In this document: positions 1 through 8,198 of the stretch, in pieces
How positions within the stretch are numbered: position 1 is the stretch's first letter
Layout: every line of letters starts with the position of its first letter
Assembly (NCBI GenBank): GCA_037441705.1
Contig: JBBIRR010000052.1
Span: 1 to 25,074, forward strand
Source: Ignavibacteriales bacterium
GTDB taxonomy: Bacteria; Bacteroidota; Ignavibacteria; UBA10030; UBA6906
Length of the DNA: 25,074 nucleotides
Reading direction: 5' to 3'
Translations under genes and position numbers: made by a program
The notes under the pieces: generated by a model
The model's database searches: none
Told to the model about the DNA's origin: nothing
The model's input: the letters and a program-made list of their open reading frames with translations, nothing else

Positions 1-75
1 CCAGCGCGTGTATCGTGATAACAGCATCATCATTACTTACGGGAACCTCGTTGAGGACATTGTACAAAAGCTGAA

Positions 76-1098
76 TCACGAAACGGTCACCGAACCATCA
101 CGCCGCTCGGCGTGACGCGCCGGCTCCTTCACCATCGCACCCCCGCAACTGCTTCCCGCTCCGGCGGTGCAGCCGTAGCAATGCGACCCGAAGACAATGC
201 TGCGCCGAAGAAGCTTCTCAAAATCAAAATTCCAGATGGTGTCCGGCGCTCCGTGGTTGACACGCCATCGAAGCATCTGATTGAAGTCGCAATCGTACAA
301 CATCCCGTCATATCCCACACTGATCATACTTCGGCACATCACGCCCTCTGCCGCTGTCGGGTTGAAGGCGTTGATCAACTTGCTCATGTACAACTCGTAT
401 AGCTCTGCCCGTTCGAGAAAATGTTTGAAGCGATTGATCGGCATGTTGGTAATGACGTAGAGCCGGTTGAAGACGATGCCGTATCGTTTCCACAGCTCGG
501 CCCTGAATTGTTTCTCCATCGCACTCTGCTCCGGCGGAAGATACGCCCCGACAGGATTGTACACCAAGTCCAACAGCAGCCCACTTCCCTCTTTTCCGTA
601 TCCAAGGGCGTTCAGTCTTCGCAGCGACTCCAAGCTTTTCGCAAACACACCCTGACCACGCTGCGCATCCGTTTCGTGTTCCTGGAAATAGGGCAGCGAG
701 GAGATGACCTCACACTGATGCGCACGAAAGAACTCAGGAAGGTACTCCATGTTCTTCCCGCTGAGGGGATGCGGGTCCAACGTGACGGTGAGGTTATGTC
801 TGACCATCACGTGTGTGTTCAGTGACCTTGCTTGTCTCACGAAGTAATCGAAGTGCTCATTCAACTCAGGTGCGCCGCCCGTGATGTCGAGATTCTTGAT
901 TTGCGGGTGGCGGGCGAGGATTTCCAGACACCGTTCAACGGTATCACGCGTCATCATCTCGGTGCGCTTCGGTCCCGCATCCACATGGCAATGCTTGCAG
1001 GCCTGATTGCACAGCTTGCCAAGATTCACTTGCATCGTCTCGATGCCGACCGGGTTTATCTTGAGATTGTGGTGAGCAAGTGTCGCTTCGAAATCCAT
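76..1098 (-). CDS. arsS: Arsenosugar-biosynthesis radical SAM protein, ArsS family (DUF3641 C-terminus)
   Basis: CxxxCxxC motif (CNQACKHC), DITGGAPE, YDCDFNQML and the C-terminal HCYGCTAGAGSSCGG signature; lies directly downstream of an ArsM-like gene. Confidence 0.9.
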   Translation of the reverse strand: MDFEATLAHHNLKINPVGIETMQVNLGKLCNQACKHCHVDAGPKRTEMMTRDTVERCLEILARHPQIKNLDITGGAPELNEHFDYFVRQARSLNTHVMVRHNLTVTLDPHPLSGKNMEYLPEFFRAHQCEVISSLPYFQEHETDAQRGQGVFAKSLESLRRLNALGYGKEGSGLLLDLVYNPVGAYLPPEQSAMEKQFRAELWKRYGIVFNRLYVITNMPINRFKHFLERAELYELYMSKLINAFNPTAAEGVMCRSMISVGYDGMLYDCDFNQMLRWRVNHGAPDTIWNFDFEKLLRRSIVFGSHCYGCTAGAGSSCGGAMVKEPARHAERRDGSVTVS

Positions 1099-1168
1099 GA
1101 GCGTTGCCTTTCGTTGAACATTGTCAAATGAACATTGAGCATTGACACGTGATCATTACCTCTTCACC

Positions 1169-2353
1169 TCAGCAACATCCTTCCGGTCCGCAGACGTCAT
1201 GGTCGGCAAATTCCGTCTTGTTGTATTCCAGACCTTTGGTTTCTCGTGCATGGCGGACCGCGCTCTTCCTGCAATCGAACTCCGCAGCAGATTCAAGGGG
1301 TACAGGAATGTATGGTTCGATGCCGATGAGGTCTTGTGCGTAGGGGCCTGCCGGGTTTGTGTAGAGGTTGTAGGTCTTGTCGCACACGGCCATGCGAATG
1401 CCCCGATGCAATGTGTGCCCGTCGTCGTCGGTAACGGTTTTCCACGGACCTTTGTAGATGACCGCTTGCTTCCGCTCGATGCATTTCCCTTGCTTCCCTT
1501 TGTACGCAAGAACGGTCACCGAACGAAATTCTATCCCATTGACGGTCTGCCAGGGTTTGTCATCTCTCTTCACAATCTGCATTCCGTAGAAGCCGGCATC
1601 TTCGAACGCCTCGAGCAAGCCGGTTTCTGTGAATGCACCGGAAATGCAACCGCTCCAAAGTCCCGGGTCGTTCTTCATCTCGTCGGGCACTTCCTCATCG
1701 CTGACGATATCCGCAATGGCGGCGCGCCCACCGCGCTTGAGCACACGAAAGATTTCCTTGAAGAGCTGAGTCCTGTCTTCTTCCTTGACAAGGTTGAGGA
1801 CGCAATTGGAGACGACAACATCAATGGAGTCATCGGCAATCATCGGTTCGGTGCGCCGAAGAACATCAACAAACTCATTCAGCCTCTGAAGGTCGGCAAC
1901 CGTCGCAACAGGATTGCGCGTCAGATATTCTTCTACCCTGTCGAGGTCAACGGCAAGGTTCTGAATTTTTCCTTTGTGAAACTGGATACGGACTCCGCCA
2001 AACTTTTTCTGCATGGCGTCTTTGTACTTTCGGGCAAGAGCAAGCATCTCGTCGTTCATGTCAACACCGATCACAGCACCTCGTGGCCCGACGATCTGCG
2101 CGGCGATATAACAGATCTTGCCCCCTCCGCTCCCGAGATCGAGCACCACGTCTCCTTCCCGAACGAAGCGTGATGGATCGCCGCACCCATAATCCCGTTC
2201 AATAATTTCTTCGGGCAAGGCTTCAAGATACTTCCTATCGTATTCCACCGGACAACAGAGTGCCGGCTCTTTTCGTCGCGCTCCCTGCGAGTAGCGTTCT
2301 CGAACAGACTGCTCGACAGCCAACGGAAGGACGTCCCGGGTTCTTTGACCCAT
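1169..2353 (-). CDS. arsM: Arsenite S-adenosylmethionine methyltransferase-like protein (ArsM/AS3MT family, extended form)
   Basis: SAM motif VLDLGSGGG; ArsM-type cysteines in LCCP, YGCGDP, SNCV and SGCISGA; C-terminal CC; AGGAG RBS upstream of ATG 2353. Confidence 0.8.
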   Translation of the reverse strand: MGQRTRDVLPLAVEQSVRERYSQGARRKEPALCCPVEYDRKYLEALPEEIIERDYGCGDPSRFVREGDVVLDLGSGGGKICYIAAQIVGPRGAVIGVDMNDEMLALARKYKDAMQKKFGGVRIQFHKGKIQNLAVDLDRVEEYLTRNPVATVADLQRLNEFVDVLRRTEPMIADDSIDVVVSNCVLNLVKEEDRTQLFKEIFRVLKRGGRAAIADIVSDEEVPDEMKNDPGLWSGCISGAFTETGLLEAFEDAGFYGMQIVKRDDKPWQTVNGIEFRSVTVLAYKGKQGKCIERKQAVIYKGPWKTVTDDDGHTLHRGIRMAVCDKTYNLYTNPAGPYAQDLIGIEPYIPVPLESAAEFDCRKSAVRHARETKGLEYNKTEFADHDVCGPEGCC

Positions 2354-2421
2354 GCTTTTCTCCTATGAATTGATGCTGTTACACACTGTTCTGTTGTCAC
2401 TCGTGCTATGAGGCCAGGAAT

Positions 2422-2691
2422 TCAATCTTCAACGACCGCCTGATGGCGAAAGAGGTAATACCGGAACTCGGCAGGCGTGAATTCTCCATGGAACGCCGCC
2501 CGTCTGTTCACATAGGTCGCCGGAGTGCGTGTAACGTTCCGCGTCGCAAAGAGAGAGTCGTCTCTACCTTTCTGATAGATCCTCAGAACGATCAGTCCGT
2601 TCTCGGCAAACGGCTTCAGACTCCGTACAACAGCCTCACACGACGAACAATGATCCTCAACGAAGACTTCAATGAACGGTCTCTCCTTCAT
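2422..2691 (-). CDS. Small thioredoxin-fold protein (CxxC)
   Basis: IEVFVEDHCSSC and a cis-Pro-like TPATYVN motif; clear paralog of the N-terminal domain of 11229..12428. Confidence 0.7.
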   Translation of the reverse strand: MKERPFIEVFVEDHCSSCEAVVRSLKPFAENGLIVLRIYQKGRDDSLFATRNVTRTPATYVNRRAAFHGEFTPAEFRYYLFRHQAVVED

Positions 2692-2751
2692 GATACGAAT
2701 ATTCGAGAGATGTTTCGAGAGTCTTCTCTACGAGCTGACTTTCCCGAACCT

Positions 2752-2811
2752 TCCTGTCAATCCTGTTCATCCTGTCAAGAAAATAGACAGGATAAACTGG
2801 ATGAACAGGAT
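2752..2811. repeat. REP-like intergenic inverted repeat built from 9-bp tandem units
   Basis: TCCTGTCAA-TCCTGTTCA-TCCTGTC, a 9-nt spacer, then GACAGGATA-AACTGGATG-AACAGGAT. Confidence 0.75.
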
Positions 2812-2824
2812 GGAGAACTTAACC

Positions 2825-3268
2825 TCAGCGAACGGCAAGAGATTCCACACTACGGCGTCCGTACACTCCTCCGAGCACGGCACCGTACACGAGATGTCCG
2901 ATGAGACTTCCCATCACCATCGCTGCCGGCGCGGGGGTGTTCACAGCAAACACGCCGGCGCCCATCATGGGATTCACAACGACTTGTGCCATGAACCAGG
3001 GGATCAGACCGAAAAGCATACCTTTCATCAGGGCAGAACCCGGAAGCCGCGCCGCAAACACGGCGGCGTAGATGACAGCAAGCACCGTTCCGATCATAAA
3101 GTGCGCTGCCCAACCAATCGGCACCGGGATGCCCATGAATCCTGCCAGCATTCTGCCGATGTTCATCTCCGGCATCCCCATCAGCGGCCCCATCAACATC
3201 ATCACGGTCATGGCGGCCGTGCCTGCAAGTCCGGCGATAATGGCTTTTGTTAGATTGAAGTGTTGCAT
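2825..3268 (-). CDS. Four-helix Met-rich membrane protein (DUF6789/DUF2938-like)
   Basis: Four hydrophobic segments with conserved-looking GWAAHFMIG and GHLVYG histidines; AAGGAGG RBS. Confidence 0.75.
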   Translation of the reverse strand: MQHFNLTKAIIAGLAGTAAMTVMMLMGPLMGMPEMNIGRMLAGFMGIPVPIGWAAHFMIGTVLAVIYAAVFAARLPGSALMKGMLFGLIPWFMAQVVVNPMMGAGVFAVNTPAPAAMVMGSLIGHLVYGAVLGGVYGRRSVESLAVR

Positions 3269-3402
3269 GTGTACCTCCTTGTGAAATTGAAGTTGTGGTG
3301 ATCATTCGCTCGACTCTTCACGAGCGCATGTGCTTGCTCGCGTCTTCATCAAACTTTCCATGAACAGGAAGCGGTATCGAGTGATGTGGTTTCAGTCGGG
3401 AC

Positions 3403-3445
3403 AATCTACACACTGCCTTACTCTTCCGATGTCAGCGAGGTGACA
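3403..3445 (-). promoter_or_regulatory. Crp-family operator TGTCA-GCGAGG-TGACA (3430-3445) with -10 box TAGATT (3408-3403)
   Basis: Perfect TGTCA-N6-TGACA palindrome centred at 3437.5, 29.5 bp from the -12 base (-41.5 position); upstream of the 3268-2691-arsM-arsS gene run. Confidence 0.75.
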
Positions 3446-3452
3446 CCTGAAA

Positions 3453-3575
3453 ATGGACGGGGTGCTGCGACATCGGGTTCCCGTTTTGACTCAGCCTATA
3501 GTTTGCATCGCCGATCATCTCAGCGATGCAAGCATCAAGCGTGAAACGAGCGCAGCACCCCTTGATCAAGGCTCA
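3453..3575 (-). repeat. Structured non-coding element, copy 1 (candidate ncRNA or MITE-like)
   Basis: Differs from 12711-12819 at only 6 of 109 nt over 3453-3561, with looser similarity for about 14 more nt; 11-bp closing stem GGGGTGCTGCG (3459-3469)/CGCAGCACCCC (3551-3561); internal hairpin 3503-3531. Confidence 0.8.
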
Positions 3576-3605
3576 GGCACCCTTCCTATCGAATATGAGA
3601 TACTC

Positions 3606-3872
3606 TTAGTTGTTGTGAAATTTGTCAATCTCATGGATGAGTGCGTGCATAGACGGATTGTGAAGGATTACCCTTGAGCCGGTACTCGGTCTCTCAAGAA
3701 CGATTGTCGGGATAACTCTCCTGCCACCCGACGATTCGATAACCTGCCGGGCGGCTGCCTCGTTTCGATCGATATCAATCTCCTGATACGGAATGTTCCG
3801 TTCGCGCAGAACGCGTTTTGCATTTCTACAGTCGCCGCACCATTGTGTTGAGTAGATTGTAACTGTTTTCAA
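3606..3872 (-). CDS. Glutaredoxin/NrdH/mycoredoxin-like protein
   Basis: TIYSTQWCGDC active site, EIDID and VIPTI cis-Pro motif; TTG start with AAGGGA RBS. Confidence 0.85.
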   Translation of the reverse strand: MKTVTIYSTQWCGDCRNAKRVLRERNIPYQEIDIDRNEAAARQVIESSGGRRVIPTIVLERPSTGSRVILHNPSMHALIHEIDKFHNN

Positions 3873-3926
3873 TGTGTTCCCTTGGCTTTGTTGCCGTTTT
3901 CAAGGCTGTTCCTATGGAACGCAGGT

Positions 3927-3969
3927 AAGGTAATCGCATTGCCGTTGAAACGCTGTCCGCTGGCCGACA
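3927..3969 (-). promoter_or_regulatory. Crp-family operator TGTCC-GCTGGC-CGACA (3954-3969) with -10 box TACCTT (3932-3927)
   Basis: Same motif and same 29.5-bp spacing as the other four sites; upstream of the glutaredoxin gene. Confidence 0.7.
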
Positions 3970-4018
3970 TTTTGCTCATGGGCCGCCTTGACAGCAGAAG
4001 GCAATCAGGTGTGAGATC

Positions 4019-4750
4019 TCATGCGTGATGGAAAAGAGGAACACCGTAACGATTGTCGAACGGCGAGGTGTAGTGCACTCCGATTCTTTGATACACGATT
4101 TGAGGAATGCCGATGTCGGCAAGGAACAACTCGCCCGTCCTTTCCGGAAGCAACCCTGTTTTCGGCAATGCAAGAGTCAGCGTACGTTGCGCTTTCACAA
4201 ACAAACCGGGAGCATCACCGGAGGTGGAATCGATCCCGGAGGGCACATCCAATGCCAACACCGGTACGGCGGTCTCGTTCGTCCACTGAATCAGTTCCAA
4301 AGCATGCCCGCGGGGGGCCGATTGAAGCCTGTATCCGATAATCGCATCAATGATCAAGTCGGCGTGTTCATCGTCGAGGTTTCCCAACGCCACTTCTGAT
4401 CCTGACGTCGAGCGAAATATCTTACGTTGAAACGAAGCGACTTCACCCATACGATCGGGAGTCGCGATACAGAGCCTGACCTTGACGCCAAGATTCGCAA
4501 GATGACGAGCTGCACAAATGCCGCCGCCGCCGTTTCCTCCTGCTCCTGCCAGAACAATTATTTTCGACGTTCTCCATTCTCGCCCGAGCATGTCGATTGC
4601 ACAGAGAGCAAGATTGCGGCCCGCGTTCTCCATCATCTGGAAAAGGTTCGGACCGGTTTCTTCCATCGCAATGCGATCGACTTCACGCATTTGCGCTGCG
4701 GTGATCGCAGGGACTTCGGCCCCGGAGTCACTTGAGAAAACAGTTATCAT
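4019..4750 (-). CDS. nnrE: Stand-alone NAD(P)H-hydrate epimerase-like protein (YjeF N-terminal domain)
   Basis: QMREVDR...MMENAG, Gly-rich loop GAGGNGGGG, IIDAIIG, LDVPSG, TLALPKTGL and ADIGIP. Confidence 0.8.
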   Translation of the reverse strand: MITVFSSDSGAEVPAITAAQMREVDRIAMEETGPNLFQMMENAGRNLALCAIDMLGREWRTSKIIVLAGAGGNGGGGICAARHLANLGVKVRLCIATPDRMGEVASFQRKIFRSTSGSEVALGNLDDEHADLIIDAIIGYRLQSAPRGHALELIQWTNETAVPVLALDVPSGIDSTSGDAPGLFVKAQRTLTLALPKTGLLPERTGELFLADIGIPQIVYQRIGVHYTSPFDNRYGVPLFHHA

Positions 4751-4787
4751 AAGCGGTCACATGAACAAATTTGTCCGGTTGTTCCTC

Positions 4788-5207
4788 TTATTCGATGTTA
4801 GGCGAACCGCGAGACAAGCGCAAGCTTTTCACAAGAAGAAAAGCGACGATCGAAAGTCCGACAACTGTTGCATACTTCTTCCAATTGTGTCTCAACCCGG
4901 ACTGTTCTCTATCGTCCAATTCCGTCTTCCATGGCAGCTGCGTTCCTTTTGCATCCTGCTCACCACTTTCCTGCGGCAAGCAGGAGGGGAGCGTGTCATC
5001 TGTTCCGATGCGACACTCTTGTGCGGGTTCTTCAATCGTGAACCCTTCATGCGGCAAAGGGTTCTTAAAGAATTCGTCAAACTGCCATTCATGCAGCGTC
5101 ATGTCATCCTCCAGAAGCTGATTGATAGTGTCGCCTGTGCTGCAACAAGATATGGTGCGCCCGGGGGAAAACTCTGTCCGCTGAAGGACAAAAGGGAAGT
5201 CAATCAT
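4788..5207 (-). CDS. Hypothetical protein with a C-terminal membrane anchor
   Basis: Fills the gap between crp and nnrE on the same strand; C-terminal hydrophobic helix flanked by basic residues; no family recognised, start uncertain. Confidence 0.45.
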   Translation of the reverse strand: MIDFPFVLQRTEFSPGRTISCCSTGDTINQLLEDDMTLHEWQFDEFFKNPLPHEGFTIEEPAQECRIGTDDTLPSCLPQESGEQDAKGTQLPWKTELDDREQSGLRHNWKKYATVVGLSIVAFLLVKSLRLSRGSPNIE

Positions 5208-5295
5208 TCAAGAAAATTCTTTACGGGGAGACCTGGTGTTGTGAGAAGATGCCTGCCGAATACGAATTACGTGAAGCGGCGAGAAGGAGAGAATA

Positions 5296-5988
5296 CTACT
5301 TTGCGAGGCGCTGAAGCTGGTCAAACTGCTTGATGGTAATTCCCTGCCGCGAGAAATCAATCAGTCCCTGCGATCGGAACTCGTTGAGTGTTGTGGTGAT
5401 GGTTTGGCGGGCGGCACCGGTTAGCAACGCGATCTCTTGATGCGAGAGATGCATCTTGATGCTGACAACGCCCTGTTTCATTTTTCCGAAATCTTCCGCG
5501 TAGCGTACAAGAAAGCTGGCGATGCGTTTCCTCGCATCCTTGAACACCAGGTCTGTGACTCGCTCCTCAAACTTGCGTAAGCGCAGGCCAATGCGCTTCG
5601 TGATCTTCATATTGAGTTCGGGGTTCCCCTTCATGAGGGATTCGAAATCTTCAATCTTCATTGCGCAAATCAGCGCGTCATCAAGCGCTTGAGCCATTTC
5701 ATTGGATTGTTCGCCTTCTTCAATGAGAGCCAACTCGCCAAAGATTTCGCCGGGACCGACAACGTCGAGAATGACTTCTCTCCCGTCGCGATGAATGCGG
5801 GAGATCTTGACGTGCCCACGTTTCAGAAAGAATATCGAGCGCGAGGGTTGATCGGGAAAATAAATGGGATCATGCGGCTTCAAGGTGCTCATCGAGGTCA
5901 TCTTTTCCACGCGCTTCATCATAGCCTCATCCATCCCCTCGAGGATGTTGAAGTGTTTTAGATACCAGAGTTTCGATTGTTCTGCCAT
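5296..5988 (-). CDS. Crp/Fnr family transcriptional regulator (paralog 1)
   Basis: cNMP-binding fold (GHVKISR, GEIFGELAL) and C-terminal HTH LSHQEIALLTGAARQTITTTLNEF. Confidence 0.92.
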   Translation of the reverse strand: MAEQSKLWYLKHFNILEGMDEAMMKRVEKMTSMSTLKPHDPIYFPDQPSRSIFFLKRGHVKISRIHRDGREVILDVVGPGEIFGELALIEEGEQSNEMAQALDDALICAMKIEDFESLMKGNPELNMKITKRIGLRLRKFEERVTDLVFKDARKRIASFLVRYAEDFGKMKQGVVSIKMHLSHQEIALLTGAARQTITTTLNEFRSQGLIDFSRQGITIKQFDQLQRLAK

Positions 5989-5999
5989 AGGTCAGCATG

Positions 6000-6069
6000 A
6001 AGTTACTGAGATGGAACAACGAAAAATGTCTGCAGGACGACAGTTTTCTATTAAGAGTCTCCATAGCAT
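6000..6069. promoter_or_regulatory. Bidirectional promoter: operator TGTCT-GCAGGA-CGACA (6027-6042) flanked symmetrically by -10 boxes TAACTT (minus, 6005-6000) and TAGCAT (plus, 6064-6069)
   Basis: Site centre is 6034.5 and both -12 bases lie exactly 29.5 bp away; sits between the divergent crp1 and barrel genes. Confidence 0.7.
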
Positions 6070-6083
6070 TCTACCGAATAAAC

Positions 6084-7058
6084 ATGAAAAAAGGCAGAGC
6101 GGTTGTTCTGATTCTCCTCATGCAGATAGGAACACCTTACATAGGGTGGTCGCAGGCATGCTGCTCGGCGGGAACGCCGCTCCTCAGCTCATTGGAGCTT
6201 CCATCCACCTCGGCGGGTACGCTCCAATTGGCACTCACGTATGAATACAACACGCTGCACGATGTTCTCGCGGGATCGTCCACATTGAATGATGATTCGC
6301 GAAGGCGCACCACACACTCGTTGTTGCTTGAAACAAGCTACGGCTTCACTGCATCCTTCTCAGCAAGCATCTTGCTTGCAATGGTCCAGCAAGAACGAAG
6401 TATTCGCCCCTCCTTAGAGGGGACCGAGTCGTTCTTGAAAACTCGCGGCCTCGGTGATGCAATTGTTCTGCTGAAGTACAATCTCATTCAGGCAAACATT
6501 ATCAATCAGATTGACCTTTCCGTGGGGGCTGGCGTCAAGATTCCTCTCGGAAGATCCAATCTTACGGCCGACGGTATTCTGCTACCAGCAGATATGCAGC
6601 CCGGCACAGGAGCGTGGGATGGAATTCTCTGGGGATATGTCTCTCAGGGCTTCGTGCCCGCGCCTCCCCTCAATGTCTTTGCATCGGTATCGTATCGCTA
6701 TACCGGCAGCAATGCGCGCTTTGGAAACAATCAGGAAGGCTATACATTCGGTAACGAGCTCGTCGCTAATGTGGGCGCAGGTTTTCGAACGGATGCGAGC
6801 CTGGATTTTTCACTTGTCCTTCGGTTTCGACAAACGACCAGTGACCGATTCGCAGGTTCCGACATCCCGAACACGGGGGGACTGTGGCTCTCAGCAGTTC
6901 CCGGCGTGAATGTAAAGGTGTTGGACAATCTTGCCGTGCGCGTATCGGGACAGATTCCTTTGTATCGAAACTTGGACGGTACGCAGCTCACAACAAGCTA
7001 TACGGCGTCGGCCACGGTGTTCTACACCATGAACCTGTTCGAAGAGAAGATGCAATGA
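6084..7058 (+). CDS. Putative outer-membrane beta-barrel/transporter (phenol MetA-pathway-like) with N-terminal CC motif
   Basis: Signal peptide MKKGRAVVLILL followed by QACCSAG; amphipathic beta strands; GLGD, GVKIPLG and QPGTGAWD motifs; start moved to ATG 6084 because the longer ORF overlaps the promoter. Confidence 0.7.
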   Translation: MKKGRAVVLILLMQIGTPYIGWSQACCSAGTPLLSSLELPSTSAGTLQLALTYEYNTLHDVLAGSSTLNDDSRRRTTHSLLLETSYGFTASFSASILLAMVQQERSIRPSLEGTESFLKTRGLGDAIVLLKYNLIQANIINQIDLSVGAGVKIPLGRSNLTADGILLPADMQPGTGAWDGILWGYVSQGFVPAPPLNVFASVSYRYTGSNARFGNNQEGYTFGNELVANVGAGFRTDASLDFSLVLRFRQTTSDRFAGSDIPNTGGLWLSAVPGVNVKVLDNLAVRVSGQIPLYRNLDGTQLTTSYTASATVFYTMNLFEEKMQ

Positions 7059-7096
7059 ACTTCACCTTTATCCAACAACCAAAAGGAGGGCGAGCT

Positions 7097-8155
7097 ATGC
7101 AACGCGAACGGAGACTGTGGAAGGCGGTGTTCTTACTTCTACTCTTCTTCACCGCATGCGACAAGCCATCAAGCTCTGAGGCACTTGAAGGCGACTGGCT
7201 GATTCCCAAGGATCAGATCCTTGACGGCGGGCCCGGCAAAGACGGCATTCCTGCACTGAGCAATCCTGCATTCGTGAGCAGTTCTGACGCCACATATCTT
7301 CGCGATGAGGATCTCATCATCGGTGTACAATTTGGCGATGTAGTGCGCGCATACCCTCACCCGATTCTTGACTGGCATGAGATCATTAATGATGAGATTG
7401 GTTCTGCGCGATTTGCCATCACATACTGTCCCCTGACAGGTTCTGGCGTCTCATGGAACAGGGTGCTCAACGGCAATGCAACGACATTTGGTGTCTCGGG
7501 CTTGTTGTACAATACGAATCTTATTCCCTATGACCGCGCGACAAACAGCAACTGGTCACAAATGAAACTTCAGTGCGTGAACGGCCCGCTGATGGGAGCA
7601 GCCATTGCCATATACCCCATCGTCGAAACAACCTGGCGAACGTGGAAGCAGATGTATCCACAGACAGTAGTTGTCTCGCGCAACACAGGTTACTCGCGTT
7701 CGTACGGAACGTATCCGTACGGCGACTACCGGACCAGCAACACGACAATATTCCCGATCAGCAATCGCGACGACAGGTTGCCGATGAAAGAGCGCGTTCA
7801 CGGTGTGATCGTTGGAGACAAAGCGCGCGTGTACCGCATTGCGACGCTCACCGATAGTGTTCGAATCATCAATGACGTCTTGAACGGCACTTCGATTGTC
7901 GTGGCGGGAAGCCGCTCACAAAATTATGCTGTGGCATTTGAACGGCGGCTTACGGATGGAACCGAGCTATCGTTCTCTCCCGTTGCTGGTGCGCTGCCTG
8001 TTGTCATGCAGGATAACGAAGGAACGAAATGGGATATCTTTGGCAACGCTGTTCAAGGCCCACGCGCAGGAACAACCTTGAAGCAGGCACGCTCATATAC
8101 CGCGTACTGGTTTGCGTGGGGAACGTTTTTCCCGGGCGTGGAGATTTATCAGTAG
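7097..8155 (+). CDS. DUF3179 domain lipoprotein
   Basis: AGGAGG RBS before ATG 7097; lipobox-like LLFFTAC; GGPGKDGIPAL, WHEIIND, TYCPLTGS, FGVSGLLY and YWFAW motifs. Confidence 0.85.
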   Translation: MQRERRLWKAVFLLLLFFTACDKPSSSEALEGDWLIPKDQILDGGPGKDGIPALSNPAFVSSSDATYLRDEDLIIGVQFGDVVRAYPHPILDWHEIINDEIGSARFAITYCPLTGSGVSWNRVLNGNATTFGVSGLLYNTNLIPYDRATNSNWSQMKLQCVNGPLMGAAIAIYPIVETTWRTWKQMYPQTVVVSRNTGYSRSYGTYPYGDYRTSNTTIFPISNRDDRLPMKERVHGVIVGDKARVYRIATLTDSVRIINDVLNGTSIVVAGSRSQNYAVAFERRLTDGTELSFSPVAGALPVVMQDNEGTKWDIFGNAVQGPRAGTTLKQARSYTAYWFAWGTFFPGVEIYQ

Positions 8156-8198
8156 GCCAGTCGCTCCGAGCGCCAGATTTCGTCAACGGTGGTTCCGT

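Noticed and set aside
1-33. Start of a further minus-strand gene (MMMLLSRYTRW...)
   Set aside because: Only 11 codons are visible at the window edge, which is too little to support a call
1169-1171. Selenocysteine read-through at the arsM TGA (after CC) or at other TGA stops
   Set aside because: The motif positions of these families are already Cys codons, read-through gives only short extensions or the wrong frame, and no convincing SECIS hairpin was seen
1142-2173. Long antisense ORFs (also 4518..5333, 8112..8963, 10515..11222, 14837..15880)
   Set aside because: Shadows of well-supported genes on the opposite strand, with no motifs of their own
3459-3561. TPP or other known riboswitch (GGGGUGC...GCUGAGA resemblance)
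   Set aside because: Lacks the TPP 3' half (CUGAU...AAU...GCG.AGGGA), and it lies upstream of the next promoter rather than in a 5' UTR
5296-5988. Calling the regulators CooA or FNR
   Set aside because: No CooA heme-ligand Cys/His segment, no FNR Fe-S cysteine cluster and no CO dehydrogenase genes; only the recognition helix is CooA-like
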